The notes: a model not told the origin generated them from the letters alone. 57,711 bases of DNA from Candidatus Omnitrophota bacterium (GCA_015233675.1 JADFXH010000012.1:1-57711); one strand, 5' to 3'. Shown: positions 8,460 through 17,971, counted from the first letter of the stretch. Numbers and translations: made by a program.

Positions 8460-10925
8460 TTATTCAGATGCAAGGACCGCCAGCGGGTTTTTGACCGGGG
8501 TGATCTTGAGAATCACCGGAACAATTCCTGAAAAATCATCGGACTTAAACTTCTCCAATAATGCGGGATCGAAGGTCATTTTAACACCTAATCCCTCGCG
8601 GGAAATTTCCAGCCCCATGTTCAGGGCGTTTAAATCAATACCGCCAGGGTCAGTCATCGACGCATCTTTATGCCCGGCAGGCGCAGGATTAAGAGCTTTC
8701 TGGATCGCCTCGATATGGTTATTAAATCTGCCCGCAATGATAGCTTGGGGCAAGTCTTTATTTGTATTCGCCTCATTCATGGCAGACAGTAATTTAAATA
8801 TTTCTGCAGCGATAAGGTCATTGGGATTAATGTCAGGATGGAACAAGGAGATTATTTTTATAATTCTTATGCCCTGCGCATTTTTTAATGTGGCATAGAG
8901 AGTGTCCAAGCTTTTTTGACGCCGCAGCACATTTTGATCGTTTACGATTTCTGTTATCATTTTTTTAATCCCCTCCCGGCTTATGTCTGCACCCGATGCC
9001 TTCTCAGAGGAGATCTCACCCAGCAACTCTTTTGACAAGCTTTCAGCGCTCCTATTGACTTCCTGAGCGAAGACAGGCTCTCCCCTTTGTCTGGTTACCC
9101 GCATCTGCCTGGTGATCTCAATGCGCAATAAAGATTCCAGAAACAGATTTCTTTTATTTTGTCCGTCTCTGAATGGATTGGAATACTGGCCTGTCAATAC
9201 ACGCAAGACCCAGTAACTTCCCCTAACATCCTGGTGCTGGTTTATTTCAGGGCATAGCGGTTTATTATATTCATCGAAACCGGTACCAGGCCAGCCTGTT
9301 ATTTCAATGCGCTTTAGTTCCGTAATTTCTTTTTTAAGAAAGTCCAAATCCCTTCGAGGGCTGTTGAGAACGGCTAGCAGGGCTTCACGAATATCATCAA
9401 TGGCCTTAAACTGATCGAAACGGTCCGGGCTCCACTCATGCTGGAAGACTTCAACCATCATCTTCTTAAAATACTGCCCGAAATAGGTTGCTTCAAAAGA
9501 CACATCAATAAAAGGCATAGAACGTCTGTTTTCCAGAATGCTTTCTGCCAGACGCTCCGCATGCTTTCCGTTATTGCTCTCCATGGCAGGGTCTCTCAGG
9601 GCAGATTTATTTTTAGCGGCCGTGGCAACGGAGTTCATGCTTGTTGTCACCATGGCCATGTCACCACTAACCAATAAATCGTCACCGGCAGACGGCCCAT
9701 GCGTAACCTGCATAGCATGATCGATACCAAGTTGTAAACCACCTGAAAAATATTTACGCGGTATCGGTAGTAGCTCCCCCTCTCCGGCCCTCCCCGCAGG
9801 TGGGAGGGAGGCAACAGTATCTTCCTTAATATAATTAAACACGCCCTTTTTATAGGCTTTCAAATATTGCTGATAAATTTTTTCTTTAACCTTAGGGTCA
9901 TCAGACAAAACACCACTGGTCTTACCTTTATTGCTATACACCTGATTGAGAAGAGATTCTTTAAGCTCCAATTTATACCAAGAGGCTAATATCATCGCGT
10001 AAAACATCTGGCGCAATGGCGTGAAGTTTTTGCCTTGGTTGACTTCTTTCTCGAGTTCGGGGAGGATGATTTCTTTGACGATTTGACTGGCAAATGAGTT
10101 GCTTGGCGAACGGTTTGTTCGCTGGGGTGCTTTCAGTTGCATCGCTTCGTTGGTTGGCAACGTGCTTGGGGACACGTCTCCTTCGGGGGCATGTCCCCTG
10201 GTTGGCAATTGGGTTAATTGGCCCTGGTGTTTTTCCAATGCCAGATAATCTTCTTCCAGCATGATTTTTAGATGAGAACCTACAACATACGCGGCGTTAT
10301 TTTGTTCCAACACTTTGGCCTTATCAGCCACGATCCATACTTTATTAAACGTATTGACAGGGACATCCGTTGTTCCGTACATCTGCAGGGCTTTGGTATA
10401 TACATTGTTCCAGAATTTCTTGCCTAATTCTTTTTCAGGGTAAATAAGGGACGATGTTAATTGCTTGAGGATGTAATCCTGCGCAAGCATGTCTTGTCCC
10501 ATTTCGGTTTGGCCCAACTCTTGCGGGATCATGCGGTTTTTCTCATAAGGGCTTAAGTTAACCCAAAGATCATCTTCTTTGATCGTTAATGCGGCCAAGA
10601 AATACTTGATCAATTTTTGGGATTCAGATTTAAACCCAGCACTGTCGAGTTTGAGTCCGGACTTACCTGTATCCAGAATAAAATCAAAAAGAAGAGGATT
10701 GTCCTTGTGGACCTTGACCCCCTTGATCATGACGGGCATATACGCAGGGCTTAAATTCACCATTGTCCCTGGCGCAGGCAGGCCAAGCAACTGAAGTTGT
10801 GATAGCTTGGCATAGGCTGGATTGCTTGTCGAATTCAAAAAAAATGCCACCAGCACTGTTATGGAAATGAACTTTCGAATGTATGTAACAAGGCATGTAT
10901 TACTATTTAAGGCATATGGGGACAT
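8460..10925 (-). CDS. Large modular, probably secreted protein of unknown function
   Basis: Uninterrupted ORF; AGGAG 7 nt before ATG 10925; signal-like RKFISITVLVAFFL...AYA; C-terminal GGIDLN...GIVPVILKITP. Confidence 0.85.
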   Translation of the reverse strand: MSPYALNSNTCLVTYIRKFISITVLVAFFLNSTSNPAYAKLSQLQLLGLPAPGTMVNLSPAYMPVMIKGVKVHKDNPLLFDFILDTGKSGLKLDSAGFKSESQKLIKYFLAALTIKEDDLWVNLSPYEKNRMIPQELGQTEMGQDMLAQDYILKQLTSSLIYPEKELGKKFWNNVYTKALQMYGTTDVPVNTFNKVWIVADKAKVLEQNNAAYVVGSHLKIMLEEDYLALEKHQGQLTQLPTRGHAPEGDVSPSTLPTNEAMQLKAPQRTNRSPSNSFASQIVKEIILPELEKEVNQGKNFTPLRQMFYAMILASWYKLELKESLLNQVYSNKGKTSGVLSDDPKVKEKIYQQYLKAYKKGVFNYIKEDTVASLPPAGRAGEGELLPIPRKYFSGGLQLGIDHAMQVTHGPSAGDDLLVSGDMAMVTTSMNSVATAAKNKSALRDPAMESNNGKHAERLAESILENRRSMPFIDVSFEATYFGQYFKKMMVEVFQHEWSPDRFDQFKAIDDIREALLAVLNSPRRDLDFLKKEITELKRIEITGWPGTGFDEYNKPLCPEINQHQDVRGSYWVLRVLTGQYSNPFRDGQNKRNLFLESLLRIEITRQMRVTRQRGEPVFAQEVNRSAESLSKELLGEISSEKASGADISREGIKKMITEIVNDQNVLRRQKSLDTLYATLKNAQGIRIIKIISLFHPDINPNDLIAAEIFKLLSAMNEANTNKDLPQAIIAGRFNNHIEAIQKALNPAPAGHKDASMTDPGGIDLNALNMGLEISREGLGVKMTFDPALLEKFKSDDFSGIVPVILKITPVKNPLAVLASE
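9775..9808. repeat. REP-like palindrome translated in frame inside the large ORF
   Basis: ctccccctctccggCCCTCCC-cgcaggt-GGGAGGG; peptide SLPPAGRAGEG; resembles 29127-29159. Confidence 0.5.
10151..10208. repeat. Hairpin flanked by a 10-bp direct repeat inside the large ORF
   Basis: TGGTTGGCAA at 10151-10160 and 10199-10208 flank ggggaca...cTTCGg...tgtcccc; 48-nt offset keeps frame. Confidence 0.7.
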
Positions 10926-11037
10926 ACCATTTCTCCTGAAATTCACATTCTAGCTAAAGGGTGCCATATAATAAGGACGCTGTCAAGAGAAGGGCAGCTA
11001 ATGACTAGAAGCTTTTGCGTGCATAAAAGATCTTCAG

Positions 11038-11046
11038 TGCTATAAT
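11038..11046 (+). promoter_or_regulatory. Extended -10 promoter for 6S RNA/rarA
   Basis: TGc-TATAAT 7 nt upstream of the 6S 5' stem. Confidence 0.55.
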
Positions 11047-11052
11047 AAATTT

Positions 11053-11208
11053 ACCCTGCGCTGTGCGACAGGATCTCGGATGTATTGAACCACAAAACAA
11101 TACTACGGGAGCCGGTCACCTGTTGGCGCGCCTTCGGCGGCCTCAAACTGGCACCCACTTGAGAATGATGGTTCTCATTTACACCAGATTCAACGGCAGA
11201 GGCGGGGT
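11053..11208 (+). ncRNA. ssrS: 6S RNA
   Basis: Terminal pairing accctgc/gcggggt and gctgt/acggc, ttgaacc/ggttc, motifs GGGAGC and GGCACCCAC; near ygfA-rny as is typical. Confidence 0.75.
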
Positions 11209-11214
11209 TTTTAT

Positions 11215-12528
11215 ATGTCCACCAATTTGTTTTCTCCTGATGAAAAACATATCCCCGCAGACGCTCCTTTAAGCGCCCGCATGCGTCCGTGTTCTCTGGA
11301 AGAGGTTGTGGGGCAAAAGCATATTTTAGGAGAAGGGAAATTACTTACCCGCGCCATTGAAGCAGACAGGATTTCATCCCTCATTCTTTATGGCCCGCCG
11401 GGGATTGGGAAAACGACCTTGGCCTTATGCATCGCGCATAAGACCCAATCGCATTTTGAAAGGATCAACGCTGTCTCCTCAAACGTTGAAGAGATGCGCA
11501 AGATCTTGGCCGGCGCCCAAAACCGCAGAATTTCCTCAGGAAATAAGACGCTCCTTTTTATCGATGAAATCCACCGATTCAACAAAGCCCAGCAGGATGT
11601 TTTGATGCCGGATATTGAAGAAGGCAACATTGTTTTGATCGGAGCGACCGTTTTTAACCCCTTCTTTTCTTTGGTCTCTCCGTTACTGTCCAGATCTTTG
11701 ATTTTCGAACTTCAATCGTTGTCGCCTGATGATTTGATGGTTTTAATGCGCCGTGCCCTTGATGACAAAGAGCGGGGATTGGGCAGTTTGCCGGTCACAA
11801 CGGATGACAAAGCTTTAGCATTCTTGTCTACAATCAGCGACGGGGACGGGCGCAAGGCGCTAAATGCTTTAGAGGTGGCGGTTTTAACGACACCTAAGTC
11901 GTCCGACGGAAAAATTCACGTTACTGTTGCCATTGCGGAAGAATCCATACAGAAAAAACAAGTGAATTATGACGCAGATGGGGATGCCCATTATGATACG
12001 GCCAGCGCATTCATTAAATCCATGCGCGGTTCGGATCCAGATGCGGCTCTTTATTGGATGGCCAAGATGATTTACGCGGGAGAGGATCCGCGGTTTATTG
12101 CCCGGCGCATTGTCATTTGCGCGGCTGAAGATGTTGGAAACGCTGATCCCCAAGCGTTGGTTTTGGCCAATGCCGCATTTCAAGCCGCGGAATTTATCGG
12201 ATTACCGGAAGCTCGTATTATTTTGGCCCAGGCCGCTGTTTATGTCGCATGCGCGCCTAAATCTAATGCGGTTTATTTAGCCATTGACAGTGCTTTAGAA
12301 GATGTTAAGAACCAACGTACATATCATGTCCCCACCCACCTTAAAGATGCCCATTACAAAGGGGCAGATAAATTAGGACACGGAGCCGGATATAAATACG
12401 CGCATGATTACCCCCAACACTATGTAGAACAAGAATATATGCCGCATGAGGCACTGTATTACAAACCCACTCTTCAGGGTTATGAAGCCAAGATCAAAGA
12501 GAGAATGGACAAATTAAAGAAAAAATGA
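11215..12528 (+). CDS. rarA: Replication-associated recombination protein A (MgsA/RarA AAA+ ATPase)
   Basis: PLSARMRP, YGPPGIGKTT, LFIDEIHRFNKAQQD, SAFIKSMRGSDPDAALYW, YKYAHDYP. Confidence 0.95.
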   Translation: MSTNLFSPDEKHIPADAPLSARMRPCSLEEVVGQKHILGEGKLLTRAIEADRISSLILYGPPGIGKTTLALCIAHKTQSHFERINAVSSNVEEMRKILAGAQNRRISSGNKTLLFIDEIHRFNKAQQDVLMPDIEEGNIVLIGATVFNPFFSLVSPLLSRSLIFELQSLSPDDLMVLMRRALDDKERGLGSLPVTTDDKALAFLSTISDGDGRKALNALEVAVLTTPKSSDGKIHVTVAIAEESIQKKQVNYDADGDAHYDTASAFIKSMRGSDPDAALYWMAKMIYAGEDPRFIARRIVICAAEDVGNADPQALVLANAAFQAAEFIGLPEARIILAQAAVYVACAPKSNAVYLAIDSALEDVKNQRTYHVPTHLKDAHYKGADKLGHGAGYKYAHDYPQHYVEQEYMPHEALYYKPTLQGYEAKIKERMDKLKKK

Positions 12529-12542
12529 TATTATAAATAAAC

Positions 12543-13094
12543 ATGATGGAGAAAGCCTCTTTAAGAAAGAATTATTTAAAGCTCCTTAAAGAGCAGAATA
12601 AAGAAGATCGTTTGCGTAAAAGCCGTCTGATTGCAGAGCAATTTTGGAAATTGCCTGCCATTCAAAAGGCTGAAAGTATTATGTTTTATGTATCCATGCC
12701 AGGTGAGGTGGATACCTTAGCGATGATTGACAAGGCAATTTTTTCCGGAAAACGGGTAGCTTTACCCATTGTTGAAAAAAATCAAAGGAAGTTAATCCCC
12801 ACAGTAATTTCATCTATGGAAGACGCACATAAGGGCACATATGGTATTGCCGAACCTCAGTATGATCCTGATAAAGAGCTTGATTTAAAGGACCTTGACG
12901 TGGTCGTCGTTCCTGGTCTGGCTTTTGACAGGCTTCATAATCGCTTGGGCAGGGGGGCTGGTTATTACGACCGGTTTTTAAGCATACTTCCACAGACTGT
13001 AACTACTGTCGGGCTCGCTTTTGATTTTCAACTCACCGATTGCCTTCCTACTGAGGCGCACGATATGCGCCTTAATCAAATCATCGCAGGGTAA
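12543..13094 (+). CDS. ygfA: 5-formyltetrahydrofolate cyclo-ligase
   Basis: GIAEP, DVVVVPGLAFDR..NRLGRGAGYYDRFL, PTEAHD. Confidence 0.92.
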   Translation: MMEKASLRKNYLKLLKEQNKEDRLRKSRLIAEQFWKLPAIQKAESIMFYVSMPGEVDTLAMIDKAIFSGKRVALPIVEKNQRKLIPTVISSMEDAHKGTYGIAEPQYDPDKELDLKDLDVVVVPGLAFDRLHNRLGRGAGYYDRFLSILPQTVTTVGLAFDFQLTDCLPTEAHDMRLNQIIAG

Positions 13095-13135
13095 AATTTA
13101 GAATAACGTCAGAGTGACAAAGTTAAGGAGTTGCC

Positions 13136-14707
13136 ATGGAAAGCAATACACTCGGCCAGGCATTAATTTATATTTTTGCAGCCATTGTTTGCGTCATTGT
13201 AGGTTTTTTTCTCAATCGTATTTTAGGCCGTCATCGCGCAGACCAGGCCAATAAAGATGCCGGCGGGATACGTGATTTAGCCCAGCGCGAGGCTGAAACA
13301 ATCCGTAAGGAAGCCCAGTTGCAGGCTAAAGATTTGCTGTTGAAAATGCGCCAGGATTTTGAGAAGGAAACAAAGGAACGCCGTGAAGAGTTAAGCGTCA
13401 TGGAAAAGCGTGTTTTGCAGCGCGAAGAAAATCTTGATAAACGTGTTGATTTATTAGAGAAAAAAGAAAAGGATTTAACCATTCGGCTGGAAGCATTGAT
13501 ACGAGGCGAAGCTAACCTCAAGCAAAAAGATGAAGAGCTGACGAAGGTCTTGGCCCAGGAAAAGGAGCGCCTTTATTCTATTGCAAACCTGACCGCGGAA
13601 GAAGCTAAGCAGATTCTTTTGCGCCGTCTTGAGGAAGAATTGCTTAATGAAAAAGCGCTGCGTCTGCGGCATATGAATGAAGAGATTAAAGAAACAGCAG
13701 AAAAAAAAGCGCGGGAGGTTATCAGCACTGCCATCCAGCGATGTGCTTCAGACCACACTGCTGAGACTACGATTTCCGTAGTGCCGCTGCCTTCTGATGA
13801 AATGAAGGGCCGGATCATCGGCCGAGAAGGAAGGAACATACGCACCTTGGAACAGGCTACCGGGGTTGATATCATCATCGATGACACGCCTGAAGCTGTG
13901 ACTATCTCAGGGTTTGATATGATGCGCCGTGAAATCGCACGCATGGCCTTGGAACAATTAATTGTCGATGGCCGTATTCATCCAGGGCGCATTGAAGAGG
14001 TTGTAGAAAAAGCCAAAGCAGAACTTGAAAAGAAAATCAAGGAAGACGGAGAGCATGCGGTCATTGAGTTAGGGGTTCACGGCATGCATCCGGAACTGAT
14101 TAAATTGGTGGGACGTCTGCGCTACCGCACTTCGTTCGGGCAAAACGGCTTAAATCATTCCATTGAAGTGGCCAAACTTATGGGAATTATGGCGTATCAG
14201 ATGGGAATTGATGTCAAAATCGCCAAACGCGCAGGGCTGCTGCATGATATTGGCAAAGTGGTTTCTTCCGATGTTGAGGAAGGCACACACGCCATTGTGG
14301 GGGGGCGTCTTTCGCGTAAATACGGCGAGTCAGAAGAAGTGGCTTATGCGGTGGAAAGCCATCATGGTGAAGTGGAGATGAATACTGTTTACGGTATTTT
14401 GGTTTCTGCGGCGGACGCTATTAGTGCGGCACGTCCGGGAGCCCGGGCGGAAAGCATGGAAACGTATGTTAAGCGCTTGGAAAATTTGGAGAAAATTTCC
14501 AATTCGTTTAAGGGCGTTGAAAAATCGTATGCTCTTCAGGCAGGCCGTGAAATCAGGATTGTGGTCATGCCAGAGAAGGTCAACGACGATGAGGCCGTGG
14601 TCATGGCGAGGGACATACGCAAAAAAATTGAAGAAGAAATGGAATACCCGGGGCACATAAAGGTCATGGTGGTGAGAGAAATCCGTGCCATTGAGTATGC
14701 AAAGTAG
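13136..14707 (+). CDS. rny: Ribonuclease Y
   Basis: N-terminal TM helix, coiled coil, KH ([14 protein letters not shown]), HD (AGLLHDIGK...SHH). Confidence 0.96.
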   Translation: MESNTLGQALIYIFAAIVCVIVGFFLNRILGRHRADQANKDAGGIRDLAQREAETIRKEAQLQAKDLLLKMRQDFEKETKERREELSVMEKRVLQREENLDKRVDLLEKKEKDLTIRLEALIRGEANLKQKDEELTKVLAQEKERLYSIANLTAEEAKQILLRRLEEELLNEKALRLRHMNEEIKETAEKKAREVISTAIQRCASDHTAETTISVVPLPSDEMKGRIIGREGRNIRTLEQATGVDIIIDDTPEAVTISGFDMMRREIARMALEQLIVDGRIHPGRIEEVVEKAKAELEKKIKEDGEHAVIELGVHGMHPELIKLVGRLRYRTSFGQNGLNHSIEVAKLMGIMAYQMGIDVKIAKRAGLLHDIGKVVSSDVEEGTHAIVGGRLSRKYGESEEVAYAVESHHGEVEMNTVYGILVSAADAISAARPGARAESMETYVKRLENLEKISNSFKGVEKSYALQAGREIRIVVMPEKVNDDEAVVMARDIRKKIEEEMEYPGHIKVMVVREIRAIEYAK

Positions 14708-14738
14708 CGGCATGAGGCGTAAATAAGAAAGCAGGAGC

Positions 14739-15530
14739 ATGAATATATTATGCATCGGTGATATTGTCGGGCGTCCGGGACGTGAGGCAGTGGAATATGC
14801 TTTGCCGAAAATAAAAAAAGAACACCGCATTGATTTCGTGATCGCTAACGCTGAAAACGCATCCGGCGGGGCAGGACTAATCCCTAAAAACGCGAATGAA
14901 ATTTTAGCCTTTGGGGTTGATGTCATAACCATGGGAGACCATGCTTGGGATAAACCTGAAATATTCGCTTATCTGCAGGAACATCAGGACAAAATAGTGC
15001 GTCCAGCCAATTTTCCTGACGGGGCTCCGGGTGTGGGATGGACAATTGCAACGGCATCTAATGGCGTTAAGGTTGGTGTAATAAATCTTTTGGGCCGGAC
15101 CTTTATGCGTTATAATATTCCTTGTCCTTTTTTGGCGCTGGAAAATATTGTTGCTCAAATTAAAGAGCAGACAGCAGTAATCGTCGTTGATATTCACGCG
15201 GAGGCTACCAGTGAGAAGGTGGCATTAGGCCATTATTCGGATGGAAAAGTCTCTCTGATTTTTGGCACGCATACGCATATACAAACAGCTGATGAGAAAA
15301 TTTTGCCTCAAAAGACGGCTTATATCACGGATTTAGGAATGAGCGGTCCTTATGATTCAGTGATCGGTCAGGACAAGACAAAGATCATTAATCGGTTTCT
15401 GACGAGCCTGCCTAGTAAATTTGAAGTGGCTAAGTCACCAGGGGCTCTTCATGGAGTGATCGTTAAGGTGGATCCTAAAACAGGCAAAGCAGAAGGGATA
15501 ACCCGCCTGCAAATGGCCCATGGGGTATAA
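14739..15530 (+). CDS. ymdB: YmdB-family metallophosphoesterase
   Basis: GDIVGRPGRE, NAENASGG, TMGDH, RPANFP, DIHAEATSEK, GTHTHIQTAD; follows rny. Confidence 0.93.
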   Translation: MNILCIGDIVGRPGREAVEYALPKIKKEHRIDFVIANAENASGGAGLIPKNANEILAFGVDVITMGDHAWDKPEIFAYLQEHQDKIVRPANFPDGAPGVGWTIATASNGVKVGVINLLGRTFMRYNIPCPFLALENIVAQIKEQTAVIVVDIHAEATSEKVALGHYSDGKVSLIFGTHTHIQTADEKILPQKTAYITDLGMSGPYDSVIGQDKTKIINRFLTSLPSKFEVAKSPGALHGVIVKVDPKTGKAEGITRLQMAHGV

Positions 15531-15648
15531 AGTGGAATTTTAAGGAAGGGCGTTGGCCCGACCTAGTCAATGAAAAGGCCAGTGGAATTCTAAGGAAGGG
15601 TGTTGCCCGACCTAATCAGTGGAAAAACTTCTGGAATTTTAGGGAAGG
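15531..15648 (+). repeat. ~50-nt tandem repeat (2.4 copies), GGA-rich, each full unit with a hairpin
   Basis: Units at 15531, 15581, 15630: (a)gtggaatt(t/c)taaggaaggg(c/t)gttg(g)cccgaccta. Confidence 0.85.
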
Positions 15649-15655
15649 AGAGCAT

Positions 15656-16048
15656 ATGACTTGGGAGGGAATGGATCGCAGGAAATTTCCAAGAGTAATG
15701 TATCCTTGTATGGTTAAAATTATATCCTCTGACCTGGCCCAAGAGCATATTTTGACCCACACGGAGAACATCGGGTTGGGGGGCATTTGCGTTACTCTTA
15801 AAAATGTGATTAAGTTATTCACTCCCGTTGAAATGGAGATAGACCTTTTAGATCTTGACGAGAATTTAAAGCCTAAAGGCAAGGTGGTTTGGAGTGTCCG
15901 GCGTAAATCCATTGAAATGATCAAACCAATGTTTTATGATATCGGCATAGAATTTACAGAAATTTCCAAACGAGACCATGAACGTCTGCGAGAAGATATC
16001 AAGCGGTTAATTGACAAAGGCGCACAGCTTTCAAAGCCATTTATTTAA
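15656..16048 (+). CDS. PilZ domain protein
   Basis: RRKFPR, ENIGLGG, GKVVWS, DIGIEF. Confidence 0.85.
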   Translation: MTWEGMDRRKFPRVMYPCMVKIISSDLAQEHILTHTENIGLGGICVTLKNVIKLFTPVEMEIDLLDLDENLKPKGKVVWSVRRKSIEMIKPMFYDIGIEFTEISKRDHERLREDIKRLIDKGAQLSKPFI

Positions 16049-16051
16049 TTC

Positions 16052-16411
16052 ATGTTTGACTCCAATCGACGAAAATACCCGAGGATTTATTATCCCTGTC
16101 AGTTGATGATGTGGTTGGATGACGGCTCTAATGAGACAATAATGGCCAATACGACTAATATCGGGATAGGCGGATTGTCGGTGACTCTTAACCAGAAGGC
16201 TAATCTCGGCACAAAGGTGGATATTCAACTTAATTTTTCAAATCCAGCGACTTCCTTTAGATGTAAAGGGGCGGTGGTGAGTTGTCTGCCGGGGGAGAAT
16301 AAAATTTATAATACAGGAATTCGGTTCGAGCCCCTGGATGAAATAAAGGCTGTTTTTCTGGAAAGAAAAATATCCGAGCTTCTTCGGTTGACACAAAAAG
16401 GAAACAATTAA
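16052..16411 (+). CDS. PilZ domain protein
   Basis: RRKYPR, TNIGIGG, GAVVSC, TGIRF. Confidence 0.85.
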   Translation: MFDSNRRKYPRIYYPCQLMMWLDDGSNETIMANTTNIGIGGLSVTLNQKANLGTKVDIQLNFSNPATSFRCKGAVVSCLPGENKIYNTGIRFEPLDEIKAVFLERKISELLRLTQKGNN

Positions 16412-17682
16412 TGGTTCGTGTACGGTTTGCTCCATCACCAACGGGATTTTTGCATATAGGAGGCGCTCGCACGGCGCTTTTTAATTGGATGTACGCTAAA
16501 GCGCAAGGAGGGAAATTCATCCTGCGCATTGAAGATACCGATTGTGTCCGCTCAAAGCCGGAATATCTTGAAGAAATCCTTGAGAGCATGAAGTGGTTAG
16601 GCTTGACATGGGACGAGTATTATAAACAAAGCGACCGTTTTGAGCTATACCGGCAGTATGCAGATAAACTTCTTTCTGAGGATAAGGCATTCAAGGATGG
16701 AGATGCGGTTATCTTGAAGGTCCTCCCGAAAATAATTAAGGTCTATGACTTAATCAGGGGAGAAATCGTTGTTGACACCAAAGAGATCAAGGATCAGGTT
16801 TTAATGAAGTCGGACGGGTCTCCAACATATAGCTTCGCCTGTGTTATTGATGATGCATTAATGGAGGTTTCCTGTGTCATCCGAGGAGAAGACCATATTT
16901 CCAACACCCCCAAGCAGATCCTTATATATGAAGCGTTAGGGTTTAAAGTGCCAAAATTTGCGCACCTGCCGTTGATATTGGACCCGGAAGGCGGCCGCAT
17001 GTCCAAGAGGGCCGGAGCCACCGCGGTCACGGAATACCGTACCCAGGGCTATTTGTCACAGGCGATTGTTAATTATTTGATGCTTTTGGGTTGGTCGCCG
17101 GGAAACAATCAAGAGAAGGTTACGATGGAGGCTGCCCTTAAAAATTTTTCTATTAAAAAAATTAATAAAGCGGGAGCGGCCTTTTCTTTAGAAAAACTCC
17201 AATGGCTCAATAGCCAATACATTAAAGAAATGGACACATCTAAACTAGCAGAAGTCTTAAGACCTCTGGTCGCTGAAAAATATCCCGGTGCGAATATCCA
17301 GGGAAAAGATTTTGATCATATGGTGCAGCTGTTTAAAGGCCGTATGAGCACCCTTCTGGACTTTTTGGACTGGACAGATTTTATATTTAATGACAAGGTA
17401 AATTTTGAAGAAGAAGTCAGGTCCAAGCATTTGTCCCAGGACATGAGCAAAGAGTTCAATTTGTTGGCAGAACGATTAAGCGCTATTAGTGATTTTAATG
17501 TGAAAGCGGCCGAACAGGCTTTTCGAGAAGTGGTTGCCCAATTAGGCATTGAGGCAGGGGCTTTGGTCCATCCTGTAAGAGTGGCATTGACCGGCCGCGC
17601 GGTGGGGCCAGGGCTGTTTGATACCATGGTGGTTTTAGGCCGCGATAAGACCAGTCAACGATTAAAAGAATCTTTTAAATAG
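16411..17682 (+). CDS. gltX: Glutamyl-tRNA synthetase (short, no zinc-binding insertion)
   Basis: RFAPSPTGFLHIGG, LRIEDTD, IRGEDHISNT, RMSKR, C-terminal anticodon-binding domain. Confidence 0.93.
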   Translation: MVRVRFAPSPTGFLHIGGARTALFNWMYAKAQGGKFILRIEDTDCVRSKPEYLEEILESMKWLGLTWDEYYKQSDRFELYRQYADKLLSEDKAFKDGDAVILKVLPKIIKVYDLIRGEIVVDTKEIKDQVLMKSDGSPTYSFACVIDDALMEVSCVIRGEDHISNTPKQILIYEALGFKVPKFAHLPLILDPEGGRMSKRAGATAVTEYRTQGYLSQAIVNYLMLLGWSPGNNQEKVTMEAALKNFSIKKINKAGAAFSLEKLQWLNSQYIKEMDTSKLAEVLRPLVAEKYPGANIQGKDFDHMVQLFKGRMSTLLDFLDWTDFIFNDKVNFEEEVRSKHLSQDMSKEFNLLAERLSAISDFNVKAAEQAFREVVAQLGIEAGALVHPVRVALTGRAVGPGLFDTMVVLGRDKTSQRLKESFK

Positions 17683-17703
17683 CCACCAACACAGCGAGGC
17701 GGC

Positions 17704-17886
17704 ATGCGTAAATTATTAGTAATAACTATTTTATTTTTATTTTTTTGTAACGGATTAGCTTTTGCCGGTGATACTGCACAAAAGACCACAACTTTGGAGG
17801 CCAATACTACTGCCAAGGGAGTTGTTGGTGCCATTGTTAACACTGTTAAAAAATTGGATGAGTGGGTTCAAAATACACTTTGGTAA
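17704..17886 (+). CDS. Small secreted hypothetical protein
   Basis: 60 aa; signal peptide MRKLLVITILFLFFCNGLAFA. Confidence 0.6.
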   Translation: MRKLLVITILFLFFCNGLAFAGDTAQKTTTLEANTTAKGVVGAIVNTVKKLDEWVQNTLW

Positions 17887-17897
17887 ATAAGAAATAT

Positions 17898-17971
17898 TGC
17901 CTTGTCGTCTAATGGTAGGACATGAGATTCTGGATCTCAGTATCATGGTTCGAGTCCATGCGAGGCAACCA
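17898..17971 (+). tRNA. tRNA-Gln(CTG), integration target
   Basis: Acceptor TGCCTTG/CGAGGCA, tgaga-ttCTGga-tctca, TTCGA, CCA. Confidence 0.93.

Noticed and set aside
15531-15648. Tandem repeat as a mini CRISPR array
   Set aside because: Units are contiguous with no unique spacers, and no cas genes are present
16411-17971. gltX next to tRNA-Gln as proof of a Gln-specific or non-discriminating enzyme
   Set aside because: An Arg appears at the anticodon-recognition position (KGRMSTL), and specificity cannot be read from sequence alone
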